Positions 27,901 through 39,076 of a DNA stretch of 64,000 nt are shown here, piece by piece. The notes under the pieces were generated by a model. The model was not told the origin of the DNA. It made no database searches and worked only from the letters and a program-made list of their open reading frames with translations. The number at the start of each line of letters is the position of its first letter. The first letter of the stretch is position 1. Both the position numbers and the translations under genes were made by a program. Source of the stretch: Phoronis australis (taxonomy: Eukaryota; Animalia; Phoronida); contig NMRA01000090.1 of NCBI GenBank assembly GCA_002633005.1, positions 1 to 64,000 on the forward strand, read 5' to 3'.

Positions 27901-30900
27901 AAAAAAAAACAAATGGCACACCACCAACAGCCTTTGAAATGATCTATCTGCAGCAAAAGTATCTAGAATTCCTTCAGAGACAGCAGAGCTACAGCTCTGC
28001 AAACTGCAATAGTGAAAAATGGCCGCTACAACATCATCTTGGTTCCAACATTAACCAAAGACAACAGGCTTTGAGTCATTCACGAGACACATGCTGTTAG
28101 AAAATTCCACGTTAGTCGGAAACAAAATGCGATCTGTAATAGGCAAACAAAGAAACAAACAAAAAACAACAAATTTCATGACAAATCAGAAGACTTGGAG
28201 AAATTTAATTTCACCACGTGACATGAATATTTCCATAAGTATCAGATTCCAAAACCATTGCAAACTGATCACACCAGCTTTTCAAAAATGAAAAAAAAAA
28301 CACTGATAAACAAACAGTACATATGAGCTACACAAGAGGCTAGCAACCTGAACGACCCACGCTCCTAGTGAGTAATCCCAACGCTGCAAATAATAAGAGC
28401 ATTGTGGAGCATTGACATTCACCATGATTACACCACAAATGGTGTGCTTCTAGGGGTGTTTTTAGTGTCAAAAATAGGGGGCGCAGAATACATCAAACTC
28501 ATCCATCATTGGAAAGGCCTCATCGTCTCTCTGACACAACATTACCAAATTTCACAAAAATCCTCCAATGAATTCCAAAGACACAAAGGCAAGTGTAAAA
28601 CTTAAACTTGCCACTAGGGGGCATCATGATAGTCAAAGCCATCCAATAAGTCATGGGTAACCACTGTCAAAAAGATCCTGCAAAGGAATCAGGAACTACA
28701 GCCATGATTGGAAACGAACTGCAATGCAAACGACGTGCTTCTAGTGGTATTTTGTAGTATCATCAAAATTGTTATTAGATAGTGCAGAATATGCCTCCAT
28801 TGTCTCTAATATAAAACTATTTTCAAAATTTCATGAAAATCCTCCAACGATTTCCAAAGATAGAGAGGCAAGCGCAAAACTTCAAATTGCCACTAGGGAG
28901 CACCACAGTAGCCAAAGTCATCCAATAAGTTGTGGGCAGCCACTGTCACACAGATCCTGCAAAAAGGAATCAGGAATTACAGCCATGATCGGAAACGAGA
29001 GCAATGCAGAATGATGAAATGTGCCCACGACTGAAATGCAAACAGCGTGCAGAAGACGCCAAACTTGTCCTAAACTGGGAGGAGGTCGTCGTCTCTCTGA
29101 TATAAAATTATTTGTCACATTTCATGAATTCCACCAAGGAAGTCTCAAGGTACCTAAACTACATGGTTAACGGACTCATAAACACAGTCACGGACACATG
29201 AACACCACTCATGGACCTTCAAACACCGTCCACTAATACACAAACACGGGAACGGACTCACAAAACACAATCCATTCACCCAAATACACGGGACACGGAC
29301 TCACATTCACGACGAAACACGGTTTATGAGTCCATTAGCTGTGTAGTTTAGGTACCTTGAGTCTGAATTTAATAGTAATAAACTTGTCAAATCGTGATCT
29401 TGCATAGAAATTAGTAGATGCAGCCGCAGATGCAAAAATAATGTCATCAGGGGCACCACAGTATTTGGACTCATCTGAATATCTGCCCCACTTGTGCTAA
29501 TGACAGTAGGAACACAACTGCCAATTTTCATAATGATCCTCTGAGCAGTTTGGCAGATGGCAAAAAACAGATTCAAAAACAATTAACAAGACCACTAGGT
29601 GGCACAGAATATGTTGAACCTGTCACAAACTGAGAAGGTGCAATCTTCATAATAGAAATTGGTTAGCCAAATTTCATGAAAAAAACGTGAAGAAACTCTG
29701 AAGATGTAAAGGCCAAGGTAAAAAGCAATATTGCTAAGCATAGTGATAGTCTGAGCCGTCCAAAAAGTCATGGGCAGCCATTGCCACATCTGTAGGAAAT
29801 TTCATTAAAATCTGCCAATCACAAGGTACCTAAACTACACGGTCAAGAGACTCATAAACATGGGCGCATGAACACGACTCACGGACCTACAAACACCGTC
29901 CACTGACTCAAACACACGGGAACGGACTCACAAAACACGATCCAAGCACCCAAATACATGGGACACGGACTCATATTCACGAGGAAACATGGTTAATGGA
30001 CTGCCAAACACGGGTCACGGACTCATCGGATTCCTGGGTCAGCTGACATCTTCATTTTGTCCGTAAATCGTGTTTGGCGGTCCGTTAACCGTGTTTCCTC
30101 ATGAATATGAGTCAGTGTCCCGTGTATTTGGGTGCGTGGATCGTGTTTTGTGAGTCCGTTCCCGTGTTGAGTCAGTGGACCGTGTTTGCAGGTCCGTGCC
30201 CGTGTTTATGAGTCCGGTGACCGTGTACTTTAGGTACCTTGAATCAGCTCTCCAGATACCATATGAAAACCCTCCTGCCCCAAACAACACTTGAAAAGCC
30301 TCTTGTTGAGAACACAATGGTGATGATTGTGTGGAACTGTACCTCAACATTTGTTTGATGAACAATAATAACAAAATGAAAATGAAGCAATGAAATTAAA
30401 CTTTTTTGACAATTACAACTCTCAATCAACACTCAGTCGAGCCGACAGCCGGAAATTCCCAATGCACTTCCCCGGCTAGTCTCAGGGTTGTAAGCTCTAA
30501 TAATAGAATCCATAGGTCCCGTGTTAGCACTTCAGGACTAGAGTTCTATGCTTTTAACAAGGAAAGTTAAAATCCCGATCTTAAATTGTTTTTCCTGTTC
30601 AATCCACAAATGTCGATAGCCATATAACTTGTGTATTGCGTACTCATTTTTACCAGCAATTTTTGCACAGCAGTGACGTTTACACATTAGCATTAGGTGT
30701 GTGGCCATAAATTTGGGCAAGATTATGAGTGACAGGGCCAAAAAGGAGCGTGACAGGCAGCCCAGATTTTTAGACGCAGGACTAACACAGAATAATTATG
30801 TTCAAATATGCGAGAGCGTAAAAATCCAAGTCCCCCTTGTTAACAGTGTGTAACCCTAATCTTGGACAAGTAAGAGGGAGAATGAATTTATTTTCATATT

Positions 30901-33900
30901 TCTGTCCATAAAACAACATTATCACATATCAGTCTCACCTTTCACTTGTTTAGGCTGTGTAGTATGTTCTGGTGCAATTTCTGACTTTCTCTTAATGACC
31001 TGTAGATGGAGCTGTGGATTACGCGGATTGCTTTTCAAAATGTCTACCTTCTGTAAAAACCACCAACGTTACACTGAGGACATGGTAAGTGAATGTTTCA
31101 GTAATAACTAAAATAATTATTAGAAGAATCTTATAATATTAGGATGAGACAATGGATGCAAGTCTGAAAATAGGTGAAGTGAGTCTCTACACCCTTTTCC
31201 TGGGATAATAATCTTAGTGACATCCCCAGCTACCAACACTTTCTAGATTAGTACTGATAATAGTATTTCTAGGTAAATGCTTTCTAACCTTAGTTGATGT
31301 TAAAAATATTGAAAATGGAGATGGCTGATGGGATGCTTTTCTCAGTTCTCTGAAGCCGGTCATTCATATTTCCAATTTGCAGTCTCACTAAAGCCATTAT
31401 TAAAAACTGTACATTTCAATCCTTTTTTAATATGTGCTGTAATGTGTATGGGGCCATGGACCTACTTTTGGAGCAACAATTAAAGATGTGTACATTATGT
31501 AGAATTTCAAAATATCCACTGGCAGCAAATGACAAACAAGGACAAGGCTTCATGAGAAACAGAAGTATGTTGTTGGTTCATTTGTAAAATGAACTTCACT
31601 AATGTTACAGTAGGTACTATAAAATCTCTTTACAACAAACATTGGTCTTCATTTCATGTCGATGTTGCCAGCACATTTTTATTTATAAACTTCCTGGTTT
31701 TGAAACTACGATCGAGGTTATATCTCGGGTACCAGATAGCTAAAATTGTGCCACTTGCAAAACATGTGGCCTGGGGTTTACTATTAGAAATTCCAAGTGG
31801 AATACTATGAGGATGTAAAGGTTAATTCCAACACACTTTGAATGCCATGTAAGTGTGGTATGATTGCTTCCCCAACAGACCCATCATCTTCTATGGGAGG
31901 AAGGTAATCATGAGAGGCAGAGAACTGGTATATGTTTACAAGGAAAGCGGAGGGNGGGGGGGGGGGGGGGTGCTGGCCACAAAGCTTCAAACTCTAAAAA
32001 ACCTTTTCAAAAAACTTTAACATCATTCTTGAACAATTTCGACTCAATGTCCACAAGCATTTATCCTACGATACAAGAACATTGTTTAAGAAAAAAAGTA
32101 GTAAAGCAAGTCACAAAATGACTAACTTATGCAACGCAGGTTCAGTTTTCTGAAACATGGATTAAAGTTGCTAGCCCCAGGTTTCGCAAATGAGACAGCT
32201 AAAATTCAAATTAAACCAAATTATTTGAATCTGATACATCAAATAGAATCCTGATCTTTGATCTGCGTACAGAAAATACCTAAAGCCGAGTAGCCTTGCA
32301 TTTATTGTGTCAGTAAGTAAAAAAGTGATGAGGTTAGCCAACCGATACAATATTAGGCAGTTCCAAGTCAATTCTTTCTAACACTAGAAAACAATTGTTA
32401 TAATACCAAGGGAAACTTTGAGACAAATTTGTCAGAGTTAATTTTCTGATTCCAAAGTTTAGGACGTAAAAAGGAATGAAATGCACCATTTACTGTTTAA
32501 ACTGAAGTCGCATTTCTGAAATCTTGAACCACTGTGAACCATCCATTTTATGACTCATTTTTTAAACTATTTCTCACGACAAGGAAAAAATCACACTTTT
32601 TTAACAAAGTGTGAATAATTTCTTTTTGAACACACACATGTTTAAGTTGTGATCACTTTCTCAATATCTTGGAAATTAAGAGCAAAACAGCAGAAAAAAT
32701 GTGTTCAGTGGCAGCTAACACAGAGGCTAAATTTAAAACAGGGGGCAGAAGACACTTCGAGAGTTTTGAACGATTTTGGTGGAAAATTTCCCATCTACAT
32801 GGCATGCCTTCAAAGAAACGATTGTACTGAAACACCTGCTTGTGAGTCCGACCCTGTATGTGAGCATTCCACAGAATATCCGACTTGACCTGGGTAGAAC
32901 ACACTGAACAGTAAAGCTGTCCTAAAGTGTTGTACATGATTCCGAGTTAAGGAGGGAAACAAGTAAAATCAAGATAAAATTTTGAGAATTAGAATTTCAT
33001 TTAGTCAAATTTTAAAACAAAACAATCAATGGCATTCAAATATGCCACAGTCGTGGGTTGTTCTGTATTTAATTGTCAATAAACATGCGACTTTCAAATT
33101 GTTTAATGAAATATTTGTCAGTCATTTTAAAAACAATTTTGGGAATTGGTGTATGTTTAACTTATAACTCATTCAGTATGAGTATAATATGCAGAAAATT
33201 ATAAGTCGTTACTGAACTTACTTGAGATAAAAAGGCAATGCTTTGCCAGTATCTGCTGGCTTTTTCAAGCCCATGTGACCTCTGTTGGATTCGGTCGGAG
33301 TGAGAAATTTGGCTGGAAACTTGAACAGAATCCTGTCCCAGGTATGTCCTGGTTCAAAGGTGGATTTTCAATTCTTTAATATATACACTCCTTGACTCCC
33401 CGTTCAAACCAATTTTTCTCTTTGTCAAGGATTAGTACATAGTCAAGGTCTAAATTGTGACCAGATACCTGACATTGGGTAAAAACGGCAGAGTCATAAG
33501 TATCACCATAGCTAGGCCAACGATGTTGGGACAACAGTGCTTTCAAGGACTGCTGAGTTTCACCTACATAAGTGTCAGGACACTCTGCATACTGTACTCT
33601 ATAGACCACATAAGCTACCTTTCCCTCAGGTTGTTTGTCCTTATGGTGCGCGAGTTTTTGTCTCAAAGTACCAACAGGCTTGAAAGATGTGGTGATATCA
33701 AATGTCCTGAGCACAGATAGTAATTGTTCAGAAAGTCTTTCTACATAAGGTAGATATCTTCCCCTCTGATTACGAAGTGTCAATGTTGTGAATTTACAGT
33801 GTGAGTGTTCTACGGGTAGCCTTGCTAAAGACCCAATGTGGGTACACGCACCTTTCCACCTTGTGTTTCAAGTGTGCAGTACTTTTGGATGAAGCAGATT

Positions 33901-36900
33901 ATAAGAACCAAGTGTCTGGATCTTCTTAGTGATCACACAGCAAATACGAAGTTAAACTACAACCATACGAATGGTTTTAGGAAAAAGGTTGTCAGTAAAG
34001 TTAATAGTCGACACATAAAAGGCAAGATCAGTAACAATCAGAAGCGGCTTCTGACACCAGTCACAGAACCAGTCATCCCATTATTCAATGATTTCCCAAA
34101 AATCCACAAGGTTGAACCAATGCCTGTATGGCCCATTGTCAGCAGTATCGACATACAATCTTGCTAAGTTCGTTGCTGACATTGTGTCTCTGCTAGTCCG
34201 ACATTCAGCCCATTACACTCTGAACACTCAGGATTTTGTGGAAAAGGTGCGCGATATTGTTCTCGAGGAAGACCAGGGCCCGGTCTCCAATCTCCGTACT
34301 CAGACTCATACTCGAGATTTCATACTCAAAATCGTGCTCACTGGAGTCGTACTCAAAAAAGCGTATCTAATGTCGGATTTCGAGTAGACTCCAAACGTAC
34401 TCAAATCTGACACTTATACTCGAGTTGCTATGGAACTCTTTATGATGTGAAATGCAAAATCACGCAAAGCCGCGCTGATTCATCGCTTCCTATTGGAATA
34501 GACCACCCCAAGAACTAGGCCTACATTATCGTCTGCTGTCGCTACAACTACAAGAGTATGTCTATAACGTGGAATTTTGAGTGTTCTGTAACTGTTATTC
34601 ATTTTTTAGTTTCAATAAATATTCTTATGCCATTTCTTTGATACACTTGGCAAATTATTAAGCTTTACGTCTTGAGTTCCTCACCCAGTCCCGAAAATGT
34701 CTTAAGAAATATGTAACAGCTTATCACATTACATCTCTGTTGCTAATTCAGTCTTGACATAAACCCATTGCTGTTTAGGCCTACGCTGATGTCAAACTTT
34801 GATACTGTATCTTTGTATTTTACTGGGATGTATCAAGTGAGTTGACATTTGGCACGTGAGTTAAAAAACAATACTTGTGCAGGCAATCAGAGTTCACCAG
34901 TGGCAGTGAACGGGACGAGACGTCTACTTAGAAATCGGCAAACAAAATCTGGAATTCCGTTTGTGGATTGAGGAATTATAGATGACTAAGTTATGATGAG
35001 AAATGTACCTCGTCTTTTGGAAACCCTACAAAACGTAGGCACAAATACCGAAATAAGGGCAGCACAAACTTCTCACACGACTTTTCCCACAACTGCTTTC
35101 GACGCTTGTTATGACTCGCCGACAAGGGATTACAATGCGCCTGTTGCCAGGAATTGTAGAGGTAGAATGGCGGCCATAACATACAGTGATACGGCGGGTT
35201 AATAAGGTGAAGAATAAGAAGATTTAAGATGAAAACTATTATCTCTGAACTGAAATTGAAGTGCTGAGATACGGTAAGAGGACTTATTTCTTTTAGATTT
35301 GCTGTGTTTCTTGGTTCCCTTTCGATATTTTGTTCTCTGGCTCGTATTTATTTTCCAGTACGATTTCAAGCACACTGCCATACCAAACTTGAAATTAGAG
35401 CATAGACTCCGAATTTTTACTCAAAATCGTACTCGAAATATGGATGAGATACACTTCAGTTCGAGTACACTCGAAAACTGAGTACGTGCTCGAAATTTCG
35501 AGTACAGATTTTTCGAGTATGACATTGAATACACCAAAGCTGAGTCTGTACTCGAGTTGAGTATGAAGTGTGAGTTTGAGCATGATTCGAGTCTGAGTTC
35601 GGAGATTGGAGACCGGGCCCAGGTTTTCACATCCTGTGATGTCTGTTCGCTATCCATATGCATATCCCTGCCCCTCCCTAAGACACTATTACAGTGATTC
35701 AGGAACGCCTCGGTAATGACCAACAAATGCCATCAAAAGCAAGTTTATCTGTTATGGATATGAGTGATCCTCATTTTTCTCATTTGATCAGTAAATATAT
35801 TAAAAATATGAATGCGCCATTGGGATCTCCTGTATCCCCTATTGTCGTCAACTTGAAATTTGAAAAAAGAGCTCTCAACATCTATGCTGGAGTGAAATCA
35901 AGATTTTGGTTCAGATAGATTGATGACACTTTTGTGATTATTAAACAGTCTGAAAAGCAATGTTTTTCTCTCATTTAAACAATATAGACATATTAAATTC
36001 AGTGAGGAGGAGGGTAGAGATGACAAGACCACGTTCTTGGACTGCTCAGTGCCAATTAAGGACAATCTATGTCTAGTGTCTTCTGCAAAGCTACACAAAG
36101 ACCAGTACTTAAATCTGATTGAGCACAAACTTGGTTTTATCCGTACCATATATTGCCATGTGGACAGATTGCCTCAAATGACAATGACAGAACATTACAA
36201 AAACACAGGATTTGTGACTCTCTGGAAAGGTGCGGATACCCACAGTGGGTATTTAACAAGGCTACCCGTAAAAACCCAGATTGGAAATTAACAACATTGA
36301 AGCTCATCAACCCGTTCAACTATTGGGGAGGATGTCTCTTCCTAATAAGCAGAAAGACTTTCTGAACAAGTACAATCTGTGTTCATGACATTTGATATCA
36401 CGTCTTTCAAATCTGTTGGCACTTTGAGACAAAAACTAGTGCACCCTAAGGACAAACAACCTACAGAAAAGAAAGCAAATTTGGTCTATGGAATACAGTA
36501 GCTAGGGTGACACTTATGACCCTGCCGTTTTTACCCACTGTCATGGATCTGATCACAGCTTTGACCTTGACAATGTGCTAATCCTTGACATGGAGAAACA
36601 TTGGTTTGAACGGGGAGTCAAGGCGTGTATATATGAAAGAATTGAAAATCCACCGAAGAGGAGGCTTGATATTCACGTTAAACACACCTGGGACAGGATC
36701 CTGACTGAAGTTTCTCCCCAATTTCATCAACTTTGATCGAATCCAACAGAGGTCGCGCAGGCTTGAAAAAGCCAGCAGAAGCTGGCAAAACGTTGCCCTT
36801 TTATCGCAAGAAAGTTCAGTGACGACTCATAATTTTCTGCATAACTTGGGGAATTCTTTTTAAACAAAAAAAAGAATAACTGAACAAATTCAATGTTCAT

Positions 36901-37015
36901 CAAAAGGATATTTAGCAAAGGGTGAATCAATCTTGGTGGTCCTCGCATTCTTCTGCTCTTTCATCAGTCGTCGTAAGTCATCTTTGCTCACTTGCTTTCT
37001 TCTGCTGAGTGACAT
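15820..37015 (-). CDS. ZNF830: zinc finger protein 830 (CCDC16/OMCG1) homolog, spliced CDS join(36912..37015,32836..32935,30939..31050,24961..25107,23775..23899,22727..22804,19646..19722,15820..15976), 299 aa
   Basis: Eight exons join in frame to 900 nt ending in TAG. Motifs match ZNF830: DDLRRLMKEQK, IDSPFAKYNTLGQLYCSVC...LWNAHIQGRTHK (zinc finger), LPEGFFDDPKQDAKAR, KMEDEWELFQKEM, EERRIEEIDEQ, C-terminal DWRSK. Confidence 0.93.
16454..16513 (-). mobile_element. tRNA-derived SINE head (fragment) inside the maT element
   Basis: Minus strand reads TGGCTCAGTGGTTAGAGC (A box) ... GGATTCAAATCCTGGC (B-box-like). No intact cloverleaf. Confidence 0.6.
17634..19237 (+). mobile_element. non-autonomous Kolobok-like DNA transposon, copy 1 (nested in maT)
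   Basis: TTAA on both sides, TIR atgagaatgtcaccc ... gggtggcattttcct. Homologous throughout to 54349-56024. Confidence 0.8.
19646..19722 (-). CDS. ZNF830: ZNF830 coding exon 7 (VSEQIIADEDEVNTEERRIEEIDEQ)
   Basis: cag acceptor, gtaagt donor, EIDEQ motif. Confidence 0.9.
20675..22134 (-). mobile_element. Helentron-associated/DINE-1-like non-autonomous element with internal tandem repeats, copy 1
   Basis: One end reads acaagagc, the other a hairpin (ccacatat-aa-atatgtg) plus ataaaaa. Internal ~140-150-bp repeats. Homologous to 25784-27781. Confidence 0.7.
22727..22804 (-). CDS. ZNF830: ZNF830 coding exon 6 (ARNIEYRDKMEDEWELFQKEMKEQTN)
   Basis: ttttacag acceptor, gtaaga donor, phase 0/0. Confidence 0.92.
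23775..23899 (-). CDS. ZNF830: ZNF830 coding exon 5 (DFFDSG...LPEGFFDDPKQDAK)
   Basis: AG/GT boundaries and the hallmark LPEGFFDDP motif. Confidence 0.92.
24961..25107 (-). CDS. ZNF830: ZNF830 coding exon 4 (GNVPESGTAKVTSLGLAEYSSSEDEED...HLPP)
   Basis: AG/GT boundaries, phase 1/1, LGLAEYSSSEDEED acidic motif. Confidence 0.85.
25784..27781 (-). mobile_element. Helentron-associated/DINE-1-like element, copy 2
   Basis: aacaagagc end, internal tandem repeats, a (GGAC) microsatellite, and the near-perfect hairpin atgcgtccacatat-ga-atatgtgggcgcat followed by aaaa. Confidence 0.75.
28392..29816 (-). mobile_element. degenerate third copy of the Helentron-like repeat family, interrupted by a MITE
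   Basis: aataagagcattgtggagcattgac start, shared ccactagg/aaatttcatgaaaatc/aaagatcctgca subrepeats. Confidence 0.55.
29146..29359. mobile_element. CAAGGTACC MITE, copy 1 (internally deleted), 5-bp TSD AGTCT
   Basis: TIR caaggtacctaaactaca ... tgtagtttaggtaccttg. agtct at 29141-29145 and 29360-29364. Confidence 0.9.
29822..30241. mobile_element. CAAGGTACC MITE, copy 2, 5-bp TSD AATCA
   Basis: Same TIRs and long foldback arms. aatca at 29817-29821 and 30242-30246. Confidence 0.9.
30939..31050 (-). CDS. ZNF830: ZNF830 coding exon 3 (KVDILKSNPRNPQLHLQVIKRKSEIAPEHTTQPKQVK)
   Basis: tttttacag acceptor and gtgaga donor. Phases 0/1 fit the neighbouring exons. Contains the KRK motif. Confidence 0.8.
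32836..32935 (-). CDS. ZNF830: ZNF830 coding exon 2 (YNTLGQLYCSVCSTQVKSDILWNAHIQGRTHKQ, zinc finger)
   Basis: CxxC...H...H finger. GT donor at 32835. Preceded by U12 branch point TCCTTAAC. Confidence 0.9.
33189..33785 (-). mobile_element. inverted 3' segment of a Penelope-like retroelement (GIY-YIG endonuclease remnant plus pLTR)
   Basis: ORF 33376-33783: LPYV...SEQL...FKP..TLRQKL..HKDK...VVYRVQYAECPDTYVGET...ILDKEKNWFERGVKECIY. Reverse complement of ~36400-36842. Confidence 0.88.
33830..36842 (+). mobile_element. decayed Penelope-like retroelement (RT plus GIY-YIG), split by an insertion
   Basis: RT motifs FPKIHK, PIVSSID, YNLAKF, TQDFVEK, EEDQ|VFTSCDVCSL, GSPVSPIVVNL, WFR*IDDTFVI. Endonuclease remnant at ~36400-36650. 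Many stops and frameshifts. Confidence 0.88.
34277..35619. mobile_element. PIF/Harbinger-like non-autonomous element nested in the Penelope RT, 3-bp TSD CAG
   Basis: TIR ggcccggtctccaatctccg ... cggagattggagaccgggcc with tactcga subterminal repeats. cag at 34274-34276 and 35620-35622. Removing it restores the RT frame. Confidence 0.85.
36912..37015 (-). CDS. ZNF830: ZNF830 coding exon 1 (MSLSRRKQVSKDDLRRLMKEQKNARTTKIDSPFA-K)
   Basis: ATG at 37015-37013. Ends in phase 2 before the U12-type donor ATATCCTTTT. Confidence 0.9.
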
Positions 37016-37529
37016 TATTCCCTCAGCAGTGATCTCAGACCTGTCTTAAAACCTGTCAAGCCAAAAATACATTTTTAATAGTAGAAATACTTTGAAAGTA
37101 ATGAAACACAAAACACAAACTTCAGCTCTTTTTCCAAAATCATGGACTAAACCTTGAGCGAGGGCAATATCCCTGATAACTCCTTAACAAAATTTTGAAA
37201 TTTGTCATGACAAAAAAGTGCGGAACAGAAAAACCGGGTGGTAACAGCCAGGAGAAATTGACATCAACTGAGTAATGAAAAATTTGTTTGTATGCCCAGA
37301 GAACCCCACAATAATATGAACTTTTCTTTGAGTATGAAGTGGCGTTACTTAGCTGCACTTGGTACTGAAATATCTGTTCTTCCACCTAGAGCAGTGTTTA
37401 CTCAGTGTGCCTAGGAAACTGAGCTAAACAAGCATCTTACATTCTCCATTAAAACCAAAACTAAGCTGGTTATGTTAAGCAACAATTTGATGGGTCAAAA
37501 ATGGTCATCTTCAGAGTAAGATAAATAAG

Positions 37530-37902
37530 TTTGACATAGGAAAATTCATTTTTTCCATCCAAAAAGCGTTAAATACCAAAAGAAATTTTTGACACCTGTC
37601 TTTTTTGATGTCTTCTTTAGTGCATACTAGGTGGCGCTGTACACCGGATGTTGCATGTTGCGCGCCGAGTTTATATCTGCCCTCGTCACAGTTCATGGGT
37701 GACCTCTAGATCCACATCAGAAAAGAGAGGTCACCCATGAAGGCGAATATAAACTCAACATACAACAACATCCTGTGCACAGCACACCTAATATGCAATA
37801 AAGAAGACATCAGGAAAGGCAGATGTTGAAAATTTCAACACTTGAAAATTTCTGCAGGCTTTTAACGCTTTTGGAATGAAAAAGTGATTTTCCCTGAGTC
37901 AA
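37530..37902. repeat. foldback (MITE-like) imperfect inverted repeat
   Basis: Arms ...tcatgggtgacctct / agaggtcacccatga... centred near 37716, extending to aaaagcgttaaa / tttaacgctttt. Confidence 0.7.
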
Positions 37903-38929
37903 TTGTTATTCAGTATCCTGATGAAACTGTTTGAAGTTAAAATAAGATTGAAGCCAAAAGCAACACCTACTGTTACGTGGTCAAGCGTTATTTAATGAGC
38001 GAAGAAATGTCTGTAAAGAGACAAGCAAGCAGTTAATACTTGTATTGCTTGACTAGGAGCCATAAGCGACATCTATGGGATAATACGTGGCAAAATCACT
38101 GAACACCTACAACCACGGTTTAAGCATAAAAAATAAGAAGTGAAAACTTGTGATAATTTCATGATACTATTTTGACTAAAGCAAAATGAAATCAAAATAT
38201 TCAACTATGCTATTGCCCGAAGTGGGATGTCCCAAGGTACGAGTCATATTACTTAAACAGTGCTCATTCTACCTTTAGTTTGCACTCAATAGTTTTTGGT
38301 GATTTTGGGCTTCAAACACCAGTCAGATCCAACAGTCTGCTCCACAGGATTTACAAAACCTTAAAATATGAGCAATCAACAGTATGATGGGCCAAAAACT
38401 TCAAAAACCTTGCACTCGACACTGTCACTGACTAGTATTACTGAGTAGTATTGAGACTGACTCCAAAGTCAAATTTTCCACCTTTTACGACTACTGGAAG
38501 TGCAACCGGCTAATTGAAAAAAAGCAAAAAATATCTCTATTCAGCAGTTTTCACACCAAGGCAAACACTGTAAAACCGGTCCATTATTCAGTGAATGAAA
38601 TTGGTTCTCAAAATCGGGGATCGCTATCCTACCCAGATAGCATGCTGTCGGTGGTCCAACGTCGGTCCGACGACTCACGTTACGTCGGGCCAACGTTGGT
38701 GTCTGACGTCGGACCAACGTGATTTTGTCCATCGGATGAACGTTGTAACAACATCGTAAGAACGTCGCAGTCGGGCCGCCGATGACCCGACGTTGGTCCG
38801 ACTGCCGACTAATAACCGACGACGGTATGACCTGGGCCCGACGGCGGAAATACGACCCTTTACCGACGTCGCGCCAATTCAATTCCGACCACTTATCAAC
38901 GTCCGGCCACCCTGCAAGCGATTGGTTAC

Positions 38930-39076
38930 CGACGTCGAACCAACATAGAGGCGGCTGTTCGCCAACGTTGCACCAACTAAGAGGCAACTGTTTGCCAACG
39001 TCGCACCGACTTAGAGGCGACCGTTTGCCAACGTCGCACCAACTTAGAGGCGAACGTTTGCCAACGTCGCACCAAC
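38930..39076 (+). repeat. 33-bp tandem subterminal repeat (~4 copies)
   Basis: ccaacgtcgcaccaacttagaggcgaacgtttg units. Confidence 0.8.

Larger units (their letters stand above)
32936..36911 (-). other. U12-type (minor spliceosome) intron of ZNF830, predicted AT-AT termini
   Basis: 5' end ATATCCTTTT (36911-36902). Branch point TCCTTAAC (32953-32946). The acceptor ...GAATCAT 10 nt downstream restores FAK-YN. Confidence 0.85.

Noticed and set aside
32653-32937. ORF starting MYNTLGQ as the ZNF830 start
   Set aside because: The ATG overlaps the intron end, and the conserved N-terminus (LRRLMKE...IDSPFAK) is encoded at 36912-37015.
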